From: Polyangia bacterium
Lineage (GTDB): Bacteria; Myxococcota_A; Polyangia; Fen-1088
Length of the DNA stretch: 64,000 bases
Direction of reading: 5' to 3'
NCBI GenBank assembly: GCA_035549075.1
Contig: DASZRT010000009.1
Span: 136,296-200,295, forward strand
Positions 1-9,197 of the stretch are shown in pieces. How positions within the stretch are numbered: position 1 is the stretch's first letter; the number at the start of each line of letters is the position of its first letter. Below the pieces are notes generated by a model. That model ran no database searches. It was not told where the DNA came from and saw only the letters and a program-made list of their open reading frames with translations. A program made the translations under genes and the position numbers.

Positions 1-588
1 GCGACGAACGCGCCTTCGCGCGACGCGCTCGCGCCTTTCGCGCCGCGCACGAGCGAAACCTGGCCGGCGCCGACGATGACGTCCGCCGCGTTCGTCGATC
101 ACCTGCGCCGCTTGCGCGCGATCTACGAAGGCCACCACGCAGGCATGGAGGCGAAGTACGAGCTGAGCGCGTTCGTCGACGTGCCTTTTCGCCCCGACAA
201 CCGACACGCCCTGCTCCGCCGCCTCCAACGCGTCGACTGGCGCCCGCACGTCGCCGCCGTGGCCGAGGCGCTCCGCGCGGGCGAGACCTTCTACCTCCTG
301 GGCGAAGATCTCGGCGCCGATCCCACGACCGGCCTCACGATCGATCCCTTCGCCGTCGCCGATGCGAACGGCTTCGTCGCGGCCATCGCGCAGCTCCCCG
401 GCGCGCGCCGCACGACCCGCGTCGCCGACGGCTTCACGTTCGACGTGATCGTGCTCGGCCGAGGCGCGCTCGTCGTCGCGCCGCAGGCGAGCGCCGACCG
501 CGCCGCCAACGACGCCGCCGGCTTCGCCGCGTGGCACGAGCGCCTCAAACGCGCCGCGACGCCCGATCCCGCGCGTCCCCGTCCATAG
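1..588 (+). CDS. hypothetical protein, 5' end probably outside the window (first in-frame ATG at 76)
   Basis: Frame 1 is open from base 1 to the stop at 588. Amino-acid composition is protein-like (F, Y, H, W, D and E present, not only A/R/G). No motif recognised. Confidence 0.4.
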   Translation, partial: ATNAPSRDALAPFAPRTSETWPAPTMTSAAFVDHLRRLRAIYEGHHAGMEAKYELSAFVDVPFRPDNRHALLRRLQRVDWRPHVAAVAEALRAGETFYLLGEDLGADPTTGLTIDPFAVADANGFVAAIAQLPGARRTTRVADGFTFDVIVLGRGALVVAPQASADRAANDAAGFAAWHERLKRAATPDPARPRP

Positions 589-599
589 ACAAATTCCAC

Positions 600-629
600 T
601 TGACTGGACAGACAGGTCGCACATAGCCT
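600..629 (+). promoter_or_regulatory. candidate sigma70-like promoter (TTGACT-N18-TAGCCT) upstream of the Rrf2 regulator
   Basis: TTGACT lies at 600-605 with a TA-containing hexamer 18 nt downstream, about 15 nt before the regulator start at 646. Inverted arms GACAG...CTGTC overlap it. Confidence 0.25.
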
Positions 630-645
630 AGCTGTCACATCGGCT

Positions 646-1113
646 ATGACGGGTTTGTCGAGAAAGGCTCGCTACGCGCTCCGGTCCCTGTACGCCCTCG
701 CGGCGCACGAGGGCGAGGGGCCCATGCTGATCGCCGATCTCGCCGAGGCCGAGAACATTCCGCGCAAATTCCTCGAGGCCATCCTGCTCGAGCTGAAGAA
801 CGCCGGCATCCTGCGCAGCAAGAAGGGCAAAGGCGGCGGCTACGTGCTCGCGAAGAACCCCGCTGAGATCGTGCTCGGCGACGTGATCCGCACGATCGAC
901 GGCCCTTTGGCGCCCATTCCGTGCGTGAGTGAGCGCGCCTACGCCCGCTGCGAAGAGTGCGTCGACGAGGCGACCTGCGGCACCCGCATCGTCATGAAGC
1001 AAGTCCGAGACGCCATCGCCCAGATCCTCGACAACACCACGCTGGCGAGCGCGCTCGAGCAGTCCGCGCGCGCCCGCCGGCAGTCCCTGCCCCAAGTCTC
1101 GTACGCCATCTGA
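646..1113 (+). CDS. Rrf2-family transcriptional regulator (IscR/CymR-like)
   Basis: N-terminal winged HTH of the Rrf2 type (RYALRSLYALA ... IPRKFLEAILLELKNAGILRSKKGKGGGYVL). Three Cys (CVSE..CEEC..C) could ligate a cluster. Located directly upstream of the sulfate uptake genes. Confidence 0.85.
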   Translation: MTGLSRKARYALRSLYALAAHEGEGPMLIADLAEAENIPRKFLEAILLELKNAGILRSKKGKGGGYVLAKNPAEIVLGDVIRTIDGPLAPIPCVSERAYARCEECVDEATCGTRIVMKQVRDAIAQILDNTTLASALEQSARARRQSLPQVSYAI

Positions 1114-1130
1114 AAACCAAAGGAGCCCGC

Positions 1131-2639
1131 ATGTCCGCTTTCGCGTCCCACAAAGTCTATCTTGTCGGTAGAGTAGCTAGCCTAACTGCGCTGCTGCTCT
1201 GCCCCGCCGCCGCGCTCGCGCAGGACGCGCCGGCGCCGGCCGCACCGGCCGAGGCCACGCCGCCCGCCGATGCCGCCGCCACGCCTCCGGCCGCCGCGCC
1301 CGCGACGGCGCCGACGAACGAAGAGCTCGCGCGCAGGGTCGAGGAGCTCGATCAGCTGGTGCGCGTCTCCAACCGCAAGGCCGAGCTGGCCGCCGAAGCC
1401 GCCGCCGCCAACCCGCCGGCGCGCGTGGTGACGAGCGAGCGCGGGTTCACCATCGGCGACGGACCGCGCGACTTCGAGCTCAAGCTGCAGGGCCTCGTCC
1501 AGGTCGACGGCCGCCGCATCTTCGGGTCGGACGATCCGGTCCTGCGCGACAAGACCGACACCTTCCTCGTGCGCCGCGCCCGCCTCTACTTCGACGCGAC
1601 CGTCCTCGGCCTCGTCGACGCGCGCATCATGCCGGACTTCGGCAACAACACGACGGCGTTGCTCGACGCCTACGCCGACCTGCACCCGACGGCTTGGCTG
1701 CGCCTGCGCGCCGGCAAGTTCAAGCCGCCGGTCGGCCTCGAGCGCCTCCAGACCGACGCGTACGTGCCGCTGCCCGAGCGCGCGCTCGACTCGAACCTCT
1801 CGGCCCAGCGCGACGTCGGCGCCGAGCTGTGGGGCGACATCGCCAACGCCGCCGTCCACTACGAGCTCGTCTGGCTCAACGGCAACACCGACGGCGCGCT
1901 GACCGACGTCGACGACGAGCACGCGAAGACCTACGGCGGCCGCCTCTTCCTGCGCCCGTTCCAGCTGGGCGAGCTCAAGGCCTACGGCGATCTCGGCGTG
2001 GGCTTCGCCTTCGAGACCGGCAACGAGAAGGGCTCGAACACGATCGCCAACGGCGCCGCCTCGAACACGTGGCTGCCGTCGTTCAAGTCGCTCAGCCAGA
2101 ACACGATCTTCACCTACGCGTCCAGCGGCACCGACGCGACGGCGACGGTGTTCGCCTCGCACCGCCACACGCGCCTCAACCCGCAGCTCTACTACTACAT
2201 CGGCCCGTTCGGCGTGCTGGCCGAGTGGATCAAGGAGCATCAGTCGATCCAGAAGGGCGCCGCCCTCGACGCCGTCGACAACCAGGCCGGCCACGTCACG
2301 CTCTCGGTCGCAATTGGCGGCGACAACAGCTACGACGGCGTGCGCCCCAAGGCCGCCGCGAGCTGGAAGGCCGGAACGTTCGGCGCCGTCGAGCTGGTCG
2401 CGCGCTACGGCTGGCTCTCGATCGATGACCACGCGTTCCAGACCTACGCCGACAAGTCGAAGTCGGTCGACAAGGCCAAGGAGCTCGCGTTCGGCGTCAA
2501 CTGGTGGCTGAACCGCAACGCCAAGCTGTACGCGGCGTACGGGCACACGACGTTCGAGGACGGCGCCGGCAAGGCCGCGGCTCCCACGGCGCGCCCGACC
2601 GAGAACGTCGGCATCGCGCGGGTTCAGGTCGCGTTTTGA
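1131..2639 (+). CDS. anion-selective outer-membrane porin, OprO/OprP (phosphate-selective porin O/P) family
   Basis: AGGAG RBS precedes the ATG at 1131. Signal peptide LLLCPAAALAQD. Ala/Pro-rich linker, then a beta-barrel with the family-typical block DFELKLQGLVQVDGR...TFLVRRARLYFDA. Confidence 0.75.
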   Translation: MSAFASHKVYLVGRVASLTALLLCPAAALAQDAPAPAAPAEATPPADAAATPPAAAPATAPTNEELARRVEELDQLVRVSNRKAELAAEAAAANPPARVVTSERGFTIGDGPRDFELKLQGLVQVDGRRIFGSDDPVLRDKTDTFLVRRARLYFDATVLGLVDARIMPDFGNNTTALLDAYADLHPTAWLRLRAGKFKPPVGLERLQTDAYVPLPERALDSNLSAQRDVGAELWGDIANAAVHYELVWLNGNTDGALTDVDDEHAKTYGGRLFLRPFQLGELKAYGDLGVGFAFETGNEKGSNTIANGAASNTWLPSFKSLSQNTIFTYASSGTDATATVFASHRHTRLNPQLYYYIGPFGVLAEWIKEHQSIQKGAALDAVDNQAGHVTLSVAIGGDNSYDGVRPKAAASWKAGTFGAVELVARYGWLSIDDHAFQTYADKSKSVDKAKELAFGVNWWLNRNAKLYAAYGHTTFEDGAGKAAAPTARPTENVGIARVQVAF

Positions 2640-2661
2640 ATAACCGAAAAGGAGCATGACC

Positions 2662-3681
2662 ATGCGTTTCGTGAAGGTGAAATCGATCCTGGTGGCGACG
2701 CTGGCCCTCGCGGCGTCTGGCGGCGTCGCGCGCGCGGACGGCGGCAGCCCGAAGCTGCTCAACGTCTCGTACGACCCGACGCGCGAGCTGTACACCGACG
2801 TCAACGCGGCGTTCGCCAAGCAGTGGCAGCAGAAGACGGGCCAGACGGTCACGATCAACCAGTCGCACGGCGGCTCGGGCAAGCAGGCGCGCTCGGTCAT
2901 CGACGGCCTCGAGGCCGACGTCGTCACGCTCGCGCTCGCCTATGACATCGACGCGATCGCCGAGAAGTCGGGCCGCATCGGCAAGGACTGGCAGAAGCGC
3001 CTGCCCGACAACGCCTCGCCCTACACGTCGACGATCGTCTTCGTCGTGCGCAAGGGCAACCCCAAGGGCATCAGGGACTGGGACGATCTCATCAAGCCGG
3101 GCGTGGGCGTCGTCGTGCCGAACCCGAAGACCTCGGGCGGCGCGCGGTGGGCGTACCTGGCGGCGTGGGGCCAGGCGCTGCAGAAGAACGGCGGCGACGC
3201 GGCCAAGGCCAAGGACTACGTCACGAAGCTCTACAAGAACGTGCCGGTCCTCGACTCGGGCGCGCGCGGCTCGACGACGACGTTCGCGCAGCGGGGCGTG
3301 GGCCAGGTGCTCGTTTCGTGGGAAAACGAGGCCTATCTTCTGGTGAACGAGCTTGGTAAGGACAAGTTCGAGATTGTGAACCCGAGCACGAGCATCCTCG
3401 CCGAGCCGCCCGTCGCCGTCGTCGACAAGAACGTCGACAAGCACGGCACGCGCGCCGTGTCCGAGGCGTACCTCAAGTTCCTGTACTCGCCCGAGGGGCA
3501 GGAGATCGCCGCCAAGCACCACTACCGCCCGCGCGACGAGAAGGCGGCGGCGAAGTTCGGGGTGCTTCCCAAGATCAAGCTCTTCACGATCGATCAGGTG
3601 TTCGGCGGCTGGCAGAAGGCGCAGGCCGACCACTTCGCCGACGGCGGGATCTTCGACCAGATCTACCAACCCGGATCGTAG
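2662..3681 (+). CDS. sbp: sulfate/thiosulfate ABC transporter periplasmic binding protein
   Basis: RBS AAAGGAG lies 7 nt before the ATG at 2662. Signal peptide present. Strong similarity pattern to Sbp/CysP ([11 protein letters not shown]..., [24 protein letters not shown]). Confidence 0.9.
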   Translation: MRFVKVKSILVATLALAASGGVARADGGSPKLLNVSYDPTRELYTDVNAAFAKQWQQKTGQTVTINQSHGGSGKQARSVIDGLEADVVTLALAYDIDAIAEKSGRIGKDWQKRLPDNASPYTSTIVFVVRKGNPKGIRDWDDLIKPGVGVVVPNPKTSGGARWAYLAAWGQALQKNGGDAAKAKDYVTKLYKNVPVLDSGARGSTTTFAQRGVGQVLVSWENEAYLLVNELGKDKFEIVNPSTSILAEPPVAVVDKNVDKHGTRAVSEAYLKFLYSPEGQEIAAKHHYRPRDEKAAAKFGVLPKIKLFTIDQVFGGWQKAQADHFADGGIFDQIYQPGS

Positions 3682-4511
3682 TGGCGGCGGCGGCGACACG
3701 ACGAGCGGCGCGCGGAAGCTTGCCCGGCTTCGGGCTCTCGCTCGGCACGACGCTCGTCTACCTGTCGCTCATCGTCCTCGTCCCGCTCGCGGGGCTGGTG
3801 TGGAAGTCGGCCTCGTTGAGCGGTCACGAATTCGCGCGCGCGGTATTGTCGCCGCGCGCGCTCGCGGCGTACCGGCTCAGCTTCGGCGCCTCGGCAATCG
3901 CGGCGAGCATCAACTTGTTGTTCGGCGTCGTCATCGCCTGGGTGCTCGCGCGCTACCGCTTCCCCGGGCGCGCGCTCGTCGACGCGCTCGTCGACCTGCC
4001 CTTCGCGTTGCCGACGGCCGTCGCGGGCATCGCGCTCACGGCGCTCTACGCCGAGAACGGCTGGCTCGGGCAATACCTCGAGCCGCACGGCTTCAAGGTC
4101 GCGTTCGCGCCCGCGGGCGTCGTCGTCGCGATGATCTTCGTGGGGCTGCCGTTCGTCGTGCGCACCGTGCAGCCCGTGCTCGTCGATCTCGACGTGCACA
4201 TGGAAGAGGCCGCGGCGACGCTGGGCGCCTCGCGCCTCACGACGCTGCGGCGGGTGATCCTGCCGGCGGTCATGCCGGCGGCGTCGACGGGCTTCGCGCT
4301 GGCCTTCGCGCGCGCCGTCGGCGAGTACGGCTCGGTCGTCTTCATCTCGGGCAACATGCCGGGCAAGACCGAGATCGTGCCGCTGCTCATCGTCACGAAG
4401 CTCGAGCAGTTCGACTACGCGGGCGCGACGGCGATCGCGCTCGTCATGCTGCTGGCGTCGTTCGCGCTGCTGTTCGTCATCAACGCCCTGCAAAAGCGGC
4501 TCGAGCGATGA
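3681..4511 (+). CDS. cysT: sulfate ABC transporter permease CysT
   Basis: Six-TM permease with the ABC EAA-like loop (EEAAATLGASRLTTLRRVILP). GTG start overlaps the sbp stop. Confidence 0.88.
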   Translation: MAAAATRRAARGSLPGFGLSLGTTLVYLSLIVLVPLAGLVWKSASLSGHEFARAVLSPRALAAYRLSFGASAIAASINLLFGVVIAWVLARYRFPGRALVDALVDLPFALPTAVAGIALTALYAENGWLGQYLEPHGFKVAFAPAGVVVAMIFVGLPFVVRTVQPVLVDLDVHMEEAAATLGASRLTTLRRVILPAVMPAASTGFALAFARAVGEYGSVVFISGNMPGKTEIVPLLIVTKLEQFDYAGATAIALVMLLASFALLFVINALQKRLER

Positions 4512-5314
4512 CGGATCCGCGTCCGCTGCGCTGGCTGCTCATCGGGCTCGCGCTCGCGTTCCTCACGCTGTTCGTCGGGTTGCCCGTCATCAGCGTGTTC
4601 GTCGAGGCCTTCCGCAACGGCGCGGGCGCGTATTGGGCCGCGGTCTCCGACCCCGACACGATCTCGGCCATCAAGCTGACGCTGCTCACGGCCGGCATCT
4701 CGGTCCCGCTCAACGTCATCTTCGGCATCGCGGCGTCGTGGGTCATCTCGAAGTACCGCTTCCCCGGCAAGAGCACGCTGCTGACGCTCATCGACCTGCC
4801 GTTCTCTGTGTCGCCCGTGATCGCGGGCCTCATCTTCGTGCTGTTGCTGGGCGCGCGCGGCGTCTTCGGGCCGTGGGTCGAGGCGCACGATCTGCACATC
4901 ATCTTCGCCCCGCCCGGCATCATCCTCGCGACGACGTTCATCACCTTCCCGTTCGTCGCGCGCGAGGTGCTGCCCATCATGCAAGAGCTCGGCAGCGACG
5001 AGGAAGAGCAGGCGCTCACGCTGGGCGCGCGCGGCTGGCAGATCCTGCTCAAGGTCACGTTGCCGAAGGTGCGCTGGGGCATCCTCTACGGCGTCATCCT
5101 CTGCAACGCGCGCGCGATGGGCGAGTTCGGCGCCGTGTCCGTCGTGTCGGGCCACATCCGCGGCCAGACGAACACCGTCCCGCTGCAGGTCGAGATCCTC
5201 TACAACGAGTACAATCTCTCGGGCGCCTTCGCCGTCGCGTCGATCCTCACGATCCTCGCGCTCGCGACGCTGGTCGCGAAGAAGCTCATCGAGATGCGCA
5301 TCAAGACCCGCTGA
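4508..5314 (+). CDS. cysW: sulfate ABC transporter permease CysW
   Basis: ATG at 4508 overlaps the cysT stop (ATGA). Permease with EEQALTLGARGWQ EAA loop. Paralogous to cysT. Confidence 0.88.
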   Translation: MTDPRPLRWLLIGLALAFLTLFVGLPVISVFVEAFRNGAGAYWAAVSDPDTISAIKLTLLTAGISVPLNVIFGIAASWVISKYRFPGKSTLLTLIDLPFSVSPVIAGLIFVLLLGARGVFGPWVEAHDLHIIFAPPGIILATTFITFPFVAREVLPIMQELGSDEEEQALTLGARGWQILLKVTLPKVRWGILYGVILCNARAMGEFGAVSVVSGHIRGQTNTVPLQVEILYNEYNLSGAFAVASILTILALATLVAKKLIEMRIKTR

Positions 5315-5330
5315 TCCAGAACCAACGACG

Positions 5331-6281
5331 ATGATTCACCGAGGCGTCCACGCGTCGATCGGGCGCACGCCCCTCGTCGAGCTCCCGCGCCTCTCGGCGG
5401 CGGCGGGCGCGCGGCTGCTCGCGAAGCTCGAGTCGCGCAACCCCGGCGGCAGCGTCAAGGATCGCATCGCCGCCGCGATGATCGAGGACGCCGAGAAGAC
5501 CGGGAAGCTGCGGCCCGGCGGCACGATCGTCGAGGCGACGAGCGGCAACACGGGCATCGCGCTGGCGTTCGTCGCGGCGACGAAGGGCTACGCGCTCCAC
5601 GTCGCCATGCCCGAGAAGATGTCGCGCGAGCGGCTCGCCCTGCTGCGCTACCTCGGCGCGCGCGTCATGCTGACGCCGGGCGCGCTCATGCGCGAGGCCG
5701 TCGAGCACGCCGAGGCGCTGCGCCGCTCGATCCCCGGCGCCGTCGGTCTCGATCAGTTCAACAACCCGGCCAACCCCGAGGCGCACCGCCGCGCGACGGG
5801 ACCCGAAATTTGGGACGACACGAACGGTGACGTCGACGTGTTCGTCGCGGGCGTGGGCACGGGCGGCACCGTCACGGGCGTGGGCCAAGTTCTCAAGGAG
5901 AAGAAGCTCAAGGCGAGGAAGCCGGCGGTGAAAATCGTCGCCGTCGAGCCGGCGAGCGCCGCCGTGCTCACGGGCCGGCGCCCGTCGAACCACATGATTC
6001 AGGGCATCGGCGCGGGCTTCGTGCCGCCGCTGCTCGACAGAGCCGTCATCGACGAGGTCGTCGCCGTCACGGACGAAGAGGCCTTCGCCCACGCGCGACG
6101 CCTCGCGCGCGAGGAAGGGATCTCGGCGGGCTTGTCCTCTGGCGCGACCCTCGCGGCGACGCTCCGCCTGGCCGCGCGCCCCGAGCTGCGCGGCAAGACG
6201 TTCGTCTTCATGGTCTGCGACGGGGGTGATCGGTACCTGAACGGCCCGCTCGGCAGCGAGCTCGTCGGTCCTCCGATCTAG
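5331..6281 (+). CDS. cysK: cysteine synthase (O-acetylserine sulfhydrylase), PLP-dependent
   Basis: PLP-lysine motif SVKDRIA. Glycine loop GTGGT. SGNTGIALA. Full length of 316 aa. Confidence 0.9.
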   Translation: MIHRGVHASIGRTPLVELPRLSAAAGARLLAKLESRNPGGSVKDRIAAAMIEDAEKTGKLRPGGTIVEATSGNTGIALAFVAATKGYALHVAMPEKMSRERLALLRYLGARVMLTPGALMREAVEHAEALRRSIPGAVGLDQFNNPANPEAHRRATGPEIWDDTNGDVDVFVAGVGTGGTVTGVGQVLKEKKLKARKPAVKIVAVEPASAAVLTGRRPSNHMIQGIGAGFVPPLLDRAVIDEVVAVTDEEAFAHARRLAREEGISAGLSSGATLAATLRLAARPELRGKTFVFMVCDGGDRYLNGPLGSELVGPPI

Positions 6282-6301
6282 CAGCTCCGCGCGAGCGATC
6301 G

Positions 6302-6499
6302 TCAGAACGTCGGCACGTACCGCCTCTCGTCCGACGACGAGACGCCGAAGGCGTCGTCGAGCGCGCGGGTGCGGTCGTCGAGACCCGCTTCCGAACCGGT
6401 TTCGCCGGCACGATCCGAGGGATCCTGATCGACGGCCGAGACCGTCGACGCGAGATCCACCGGCAACCCCATGACCCCCAAGCGACCGCTGGCGAGCAT
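6302..6499 (-). CDS. possible small acidic protein (65 aa), doubtful
   Basis: ORF downstream of the phosphodiesterase-like gene on the same strand. D/E/S-rich. No motif recognised. Confidence 0.2.
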   Translation of the reverse strand: MLASGRLGVMGLPVDLASTVSAVDQDPSDRAGETGSEAGLDDRTRALDDAFGVSSSDERRYVPTF

Positions 6500-6591
6500 G
6501 TCTACCTGCGATCATGGCGACGCGGGCGCCATCGCGCAAGATCTCATCGTCGACGAAACGGTGACGATCGCGCGACGCGGCCTTTGGACAC

Positions 6592-9180
6592 TCAGGGGAA
6601 ATATGCACGCAACAACGCGTGGCCTTCGGTCGCGTGATTTGGCGTCGGTTGCGGCACGACGCCGTCCATCGCGCCCGTCGCCCACGTGCCCGTCGCGAAG
6701 TCCGTCGTCACCGGCGCGCCGATGCCGAACAAAATCGTCGCCGGGAGATCGGCGGGCGACGCGGGCTGGTCGCTGACGACGCCCGCGCGAACGCCGGGGC
6801 CGATCAAAAGAAGCGGAACGTGTCGCGACGTCCCCGGCCCGTAGAAGTCGGCGCCGGGATCGTCGATCGTCGTCGCGCCGCGGCTCGTGACGACGAACAG
6901 CGCGTCGCGGCTGCGTGAGGCGAGATCGGCGACGACGACCGCGATCTGATGGAGCTCGTCCAGCGCCGCCGCCGAATGGCGATCTGCCGTCCTGGGGCTC
7001 CCGACCGAGACGAGCGCGAAGAGCCTCGGGTGCGCCATCAGGCTCGTGAGCGCGGCGCCGACGCCGGTGCCGTCCGCGGCCACCGTCGTGTCGAACGAAC
7101 CCGGCGCGACGTGAAGCGACTGAAAGTCGGACTTGCCGACCAGCGCCGTCGTGAACCCGAGGGCACGTGCGGCGTCGAGCACGGTTTGACCCGAGAGCGT
7201 CGCGGCCTGCCGCCACGCCGCGTACGCGTCCATGTTCGCGACGCGCTTCGCGGGCGGCGGCATCGCGAGCAGGCCCGCGCCCGGCGCGAAGGTCTGCGTC
7301 GGATCGTCTTCCGCCGCGGCCACCCACGGCGAGATCGGGTAGCCGCCCGCGAGGGCTTGATACTCGGTGACGGGCCAATCGCGGCTGCGCGTCCAGCAGT
7401 CCTCGAAGCGCGTGCCGAACGCCGTGAGCGTCCGCAGCACCGTGGCCGCACCCGCCGTCGCCGGATCGTCGAAGGCCTCTTCGTCATAGAGTCCCGCGAC
7501 GTCGACGAGCACCACCGTCGTCGGGGGATCGGCGAGCGCGCGTGGCGTCGCGCCGAAGCCGCTCCGTGTGAGGACGAGATCGCGCGCGCTCTCGGGCGGC
7601 GACGGCAACGCGATCGTCTCGCCCGCGTCGCCCGCGAGCGCCGCGCGGATAGGCCCGCGCGCCGCCGTCGCGAGCGCGACGGTCGCGCCGGTCGGCCCCC
7701 TGAGCGTCGCGAGCGCCGTCGGCGCGACGTCGGCGTGCTCGACGGGGTGAGGCAACAAGACGCCCTGCTTGAACGCGGGCCCCGCCATGATGAGCGGCAC
7801 GTACAGCTCGTCGATTGTGAAGCCGCCGTGGCGCGCGTAGGGGAACGCCGTGTGTTCTTTGAAGGGGCCGGGCGCGGTGTTCTTCGCGTCGACCTGGTTC
7901 AGCGTCCAGTCGTCCTTCGGGAACACGACGACGTCGGCCTGGTTCGGGCTCGACACGCGGAAGTCGTGGAAGGCGCGCGTGCCGTGGTAGCCGTCGGCCG
8001 TCATCGTGCGGGTCGCATCGACGCCCACGAGCGCGCCGCTTTGCACGAGGTCGACGAGCGCGTGCGCGACCTTCGTCTGCGCGGCGGCGCCGGCGGCCGT
8101 GCCCGCGCCGTCGGTGCGCGCGTAGAGCAAGGCGTCGCCGTCCTCGTTGAGCAGCGCGTAGCTCGACGTCGTGAGGCCGAAGTCGGCGCCGTGCGCGCGC
8201 ACGACGTCCCCCAGCTGCCCGTCGGCGTCGGCCTTCGTCGTCGCGCCGTGCGTTCCGAGCGCGACCTGCGAATGCGTGTCGACCTTGCCGTGATCGAGCG
8301 TGAACACGATGTTCGTGGAAGCGAGCAGGTTCTTCTCCGTGAGCGCCGCGAGCAGCTGGCCGAGGCCGTCGTCGTAGTCGTCGATGATCGCGGCGAGCGC
8401 GGGCCCGTCCGCGCCGAAGGTGCTCGTGGGATCGTCGTCGAGCGCGATGAAGTCCCACACGAACATGTAGGCCGGCATGGGGTGCGCGGCGTCGGTCGCG
8501 CGCACGACGGCCGCGGCGTCGCGCAGCGTGAAGTGCAGCGGCGTCTCCGTGGGACCGGGCAGGCCGTCGTAGTGGTAGGCGTTCGTGACGGCTTGCGGGT
8601 AGCCGAGCGAGTTGCCGAGGATCGACCTCGTCGTGTCGGCGTCGAGCGTCAGATCGCCGAGCGCCGTGTCGACGCGGACGCCGACGATCGACAGGTGCAC
8701 GTCGTCGGCGCCGACCTCGAACGGCGGCAGCTCGCCGACGTAGGCGGTGCGGCCGCCCGCGGCGCGCACGGCGCGGTAGACGCTGTCGCCTCGCGTGCGC
8801 AGCGGGTTCTTGTCGTAGAGCGCGTAGTCTCCCACCGAGAGGCCGGGGACGTTCACGGGGCTCGCGAAATTGAGCGCGCGCGACAGCCACGCGTTCGACG
8901 GCACGTCATGGCCCTCGGGGTACTGGCCCGTCAGCAGCGTCATGTTGTTCTGGTTGCTGTGCGTCGGCACGTCGACGCGCGAGTAGGCGAGCACGCCGCG
9001 CGCGATGAGGCCCTTGAGGTTGGGCGCCTTCGCCATCCACAGCCCCGCGAGGCCGTGATCGTCGATGTCGATCTGGATGACGTGCCCGCTGACGGGCGAC
9101 GGCGGCGCCGCGGTGTCGAACAGCGAGCGCCCACCGCAACCGGCGAGCAACGAAGCCACGAGAATCGAAATCCGCTTCAC
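6592..9180 (-). CDS. secreted lipoprotein of the alkaline-phosphatase superfamily (type I phosphodiesterase/nucleotide pyrophosphatase-like, two tandem domains)
   Basis: GTG start at 9180 gives MKRISILVASLLAGCGG (lipobox). PTHSNQNNMTLLTGQYPEGHDV matches the P[ST]xTxPNxxTLxTGxxP motif of PF01663. A second related half follows (VVLVDVAGLYDE...). The longer ORF to 10608 is a spurious upstream extension. Confidence 0.65.
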   Translation of the reverse strand: MKRISILVASLLAGCGGRSLFDTAAPPSPVSGHVIQIDIDDHGLAGLWMAKAPNLKGLIARGVLAYSRVDVPTHSNQNNMTLLTGQYPEGHDVPSNAWLSRALNFASPVNVPGLSVGDYALYDKNPLRTRGDSVYRAVRAAGGRTAYVGELPPFEVGADDVHLSIVGVRVDTALGDLTLDADTTRSILGNSLGYPQAVTNAYHYDGLPGPTETPLHFTLRDAAAVVRATDAAHPMPAYMFVWDFIALDDDPTSTFGADGPALAAIIDDYDDGLGQLLAALTEKNLLASTNIVFTLDHGKVDTHSQVALGTHGATTKADADGQLGDVVRAHGADFGLTTSSYALLNEDGDALLYARTDGAGTAAGAAAQTKVAHALVDLVQSGALVGVDATRTMTADGYHGTRAFHDFRVSSPNQADVVVFPKDDWTLNQVDAKNTAPGPFKEHTAFPYARHGGFTIDELYVPLIMAGPAFKQGVLLPHPVEHADVAPTALATLRGPTGATVALATAARGPIRAALAGDAGETIALPSPPESARDLVLTRSGFGATPRALADPPTTVVLVDVAGLYDEEAFDDPATAGAATVLRTLTAFGTRFEDCWTRSRDWPVTEYQALAGGYPISPWVAAAEDDPTQTFAPGAGLLAMPPPAKRVANMDAYAAWRQAATLSGQTVLDAARALGFTTALVGKSDFQSLHVAPGSFDTTVAADGTGVGAALTSLMAHPRLFALVSVGSPRTADRHSAAALDELHQIAVVVADLASRSRDALFVVTSRGATTIDDPGADFYGPGTSRHVPLLLIGPGVRAGVVSDQPASPADLPATILFGIGAPVTTDFATGTWATGAMDGVVPQPTPNHATEGHALLRAYFP

Positions 9181-9197
9181 GCGTGCAGCATACCCGC

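Noticed and set aside
1182-2927. 581-aa minus-strand ORF over the porin and sbp
   Set aside because: Antisense shadow ORF. It spans two independently supported plus-strand genes and is Arg/Gly-rich.
3800-4507. N-terminal 236 aa of the 504-aa ORF in the cysW frame
   Set aside because: In-frame read-through of cysT in a different frame. The real cysW starts at the ATG at 4508, which overlaps the cysT stop.
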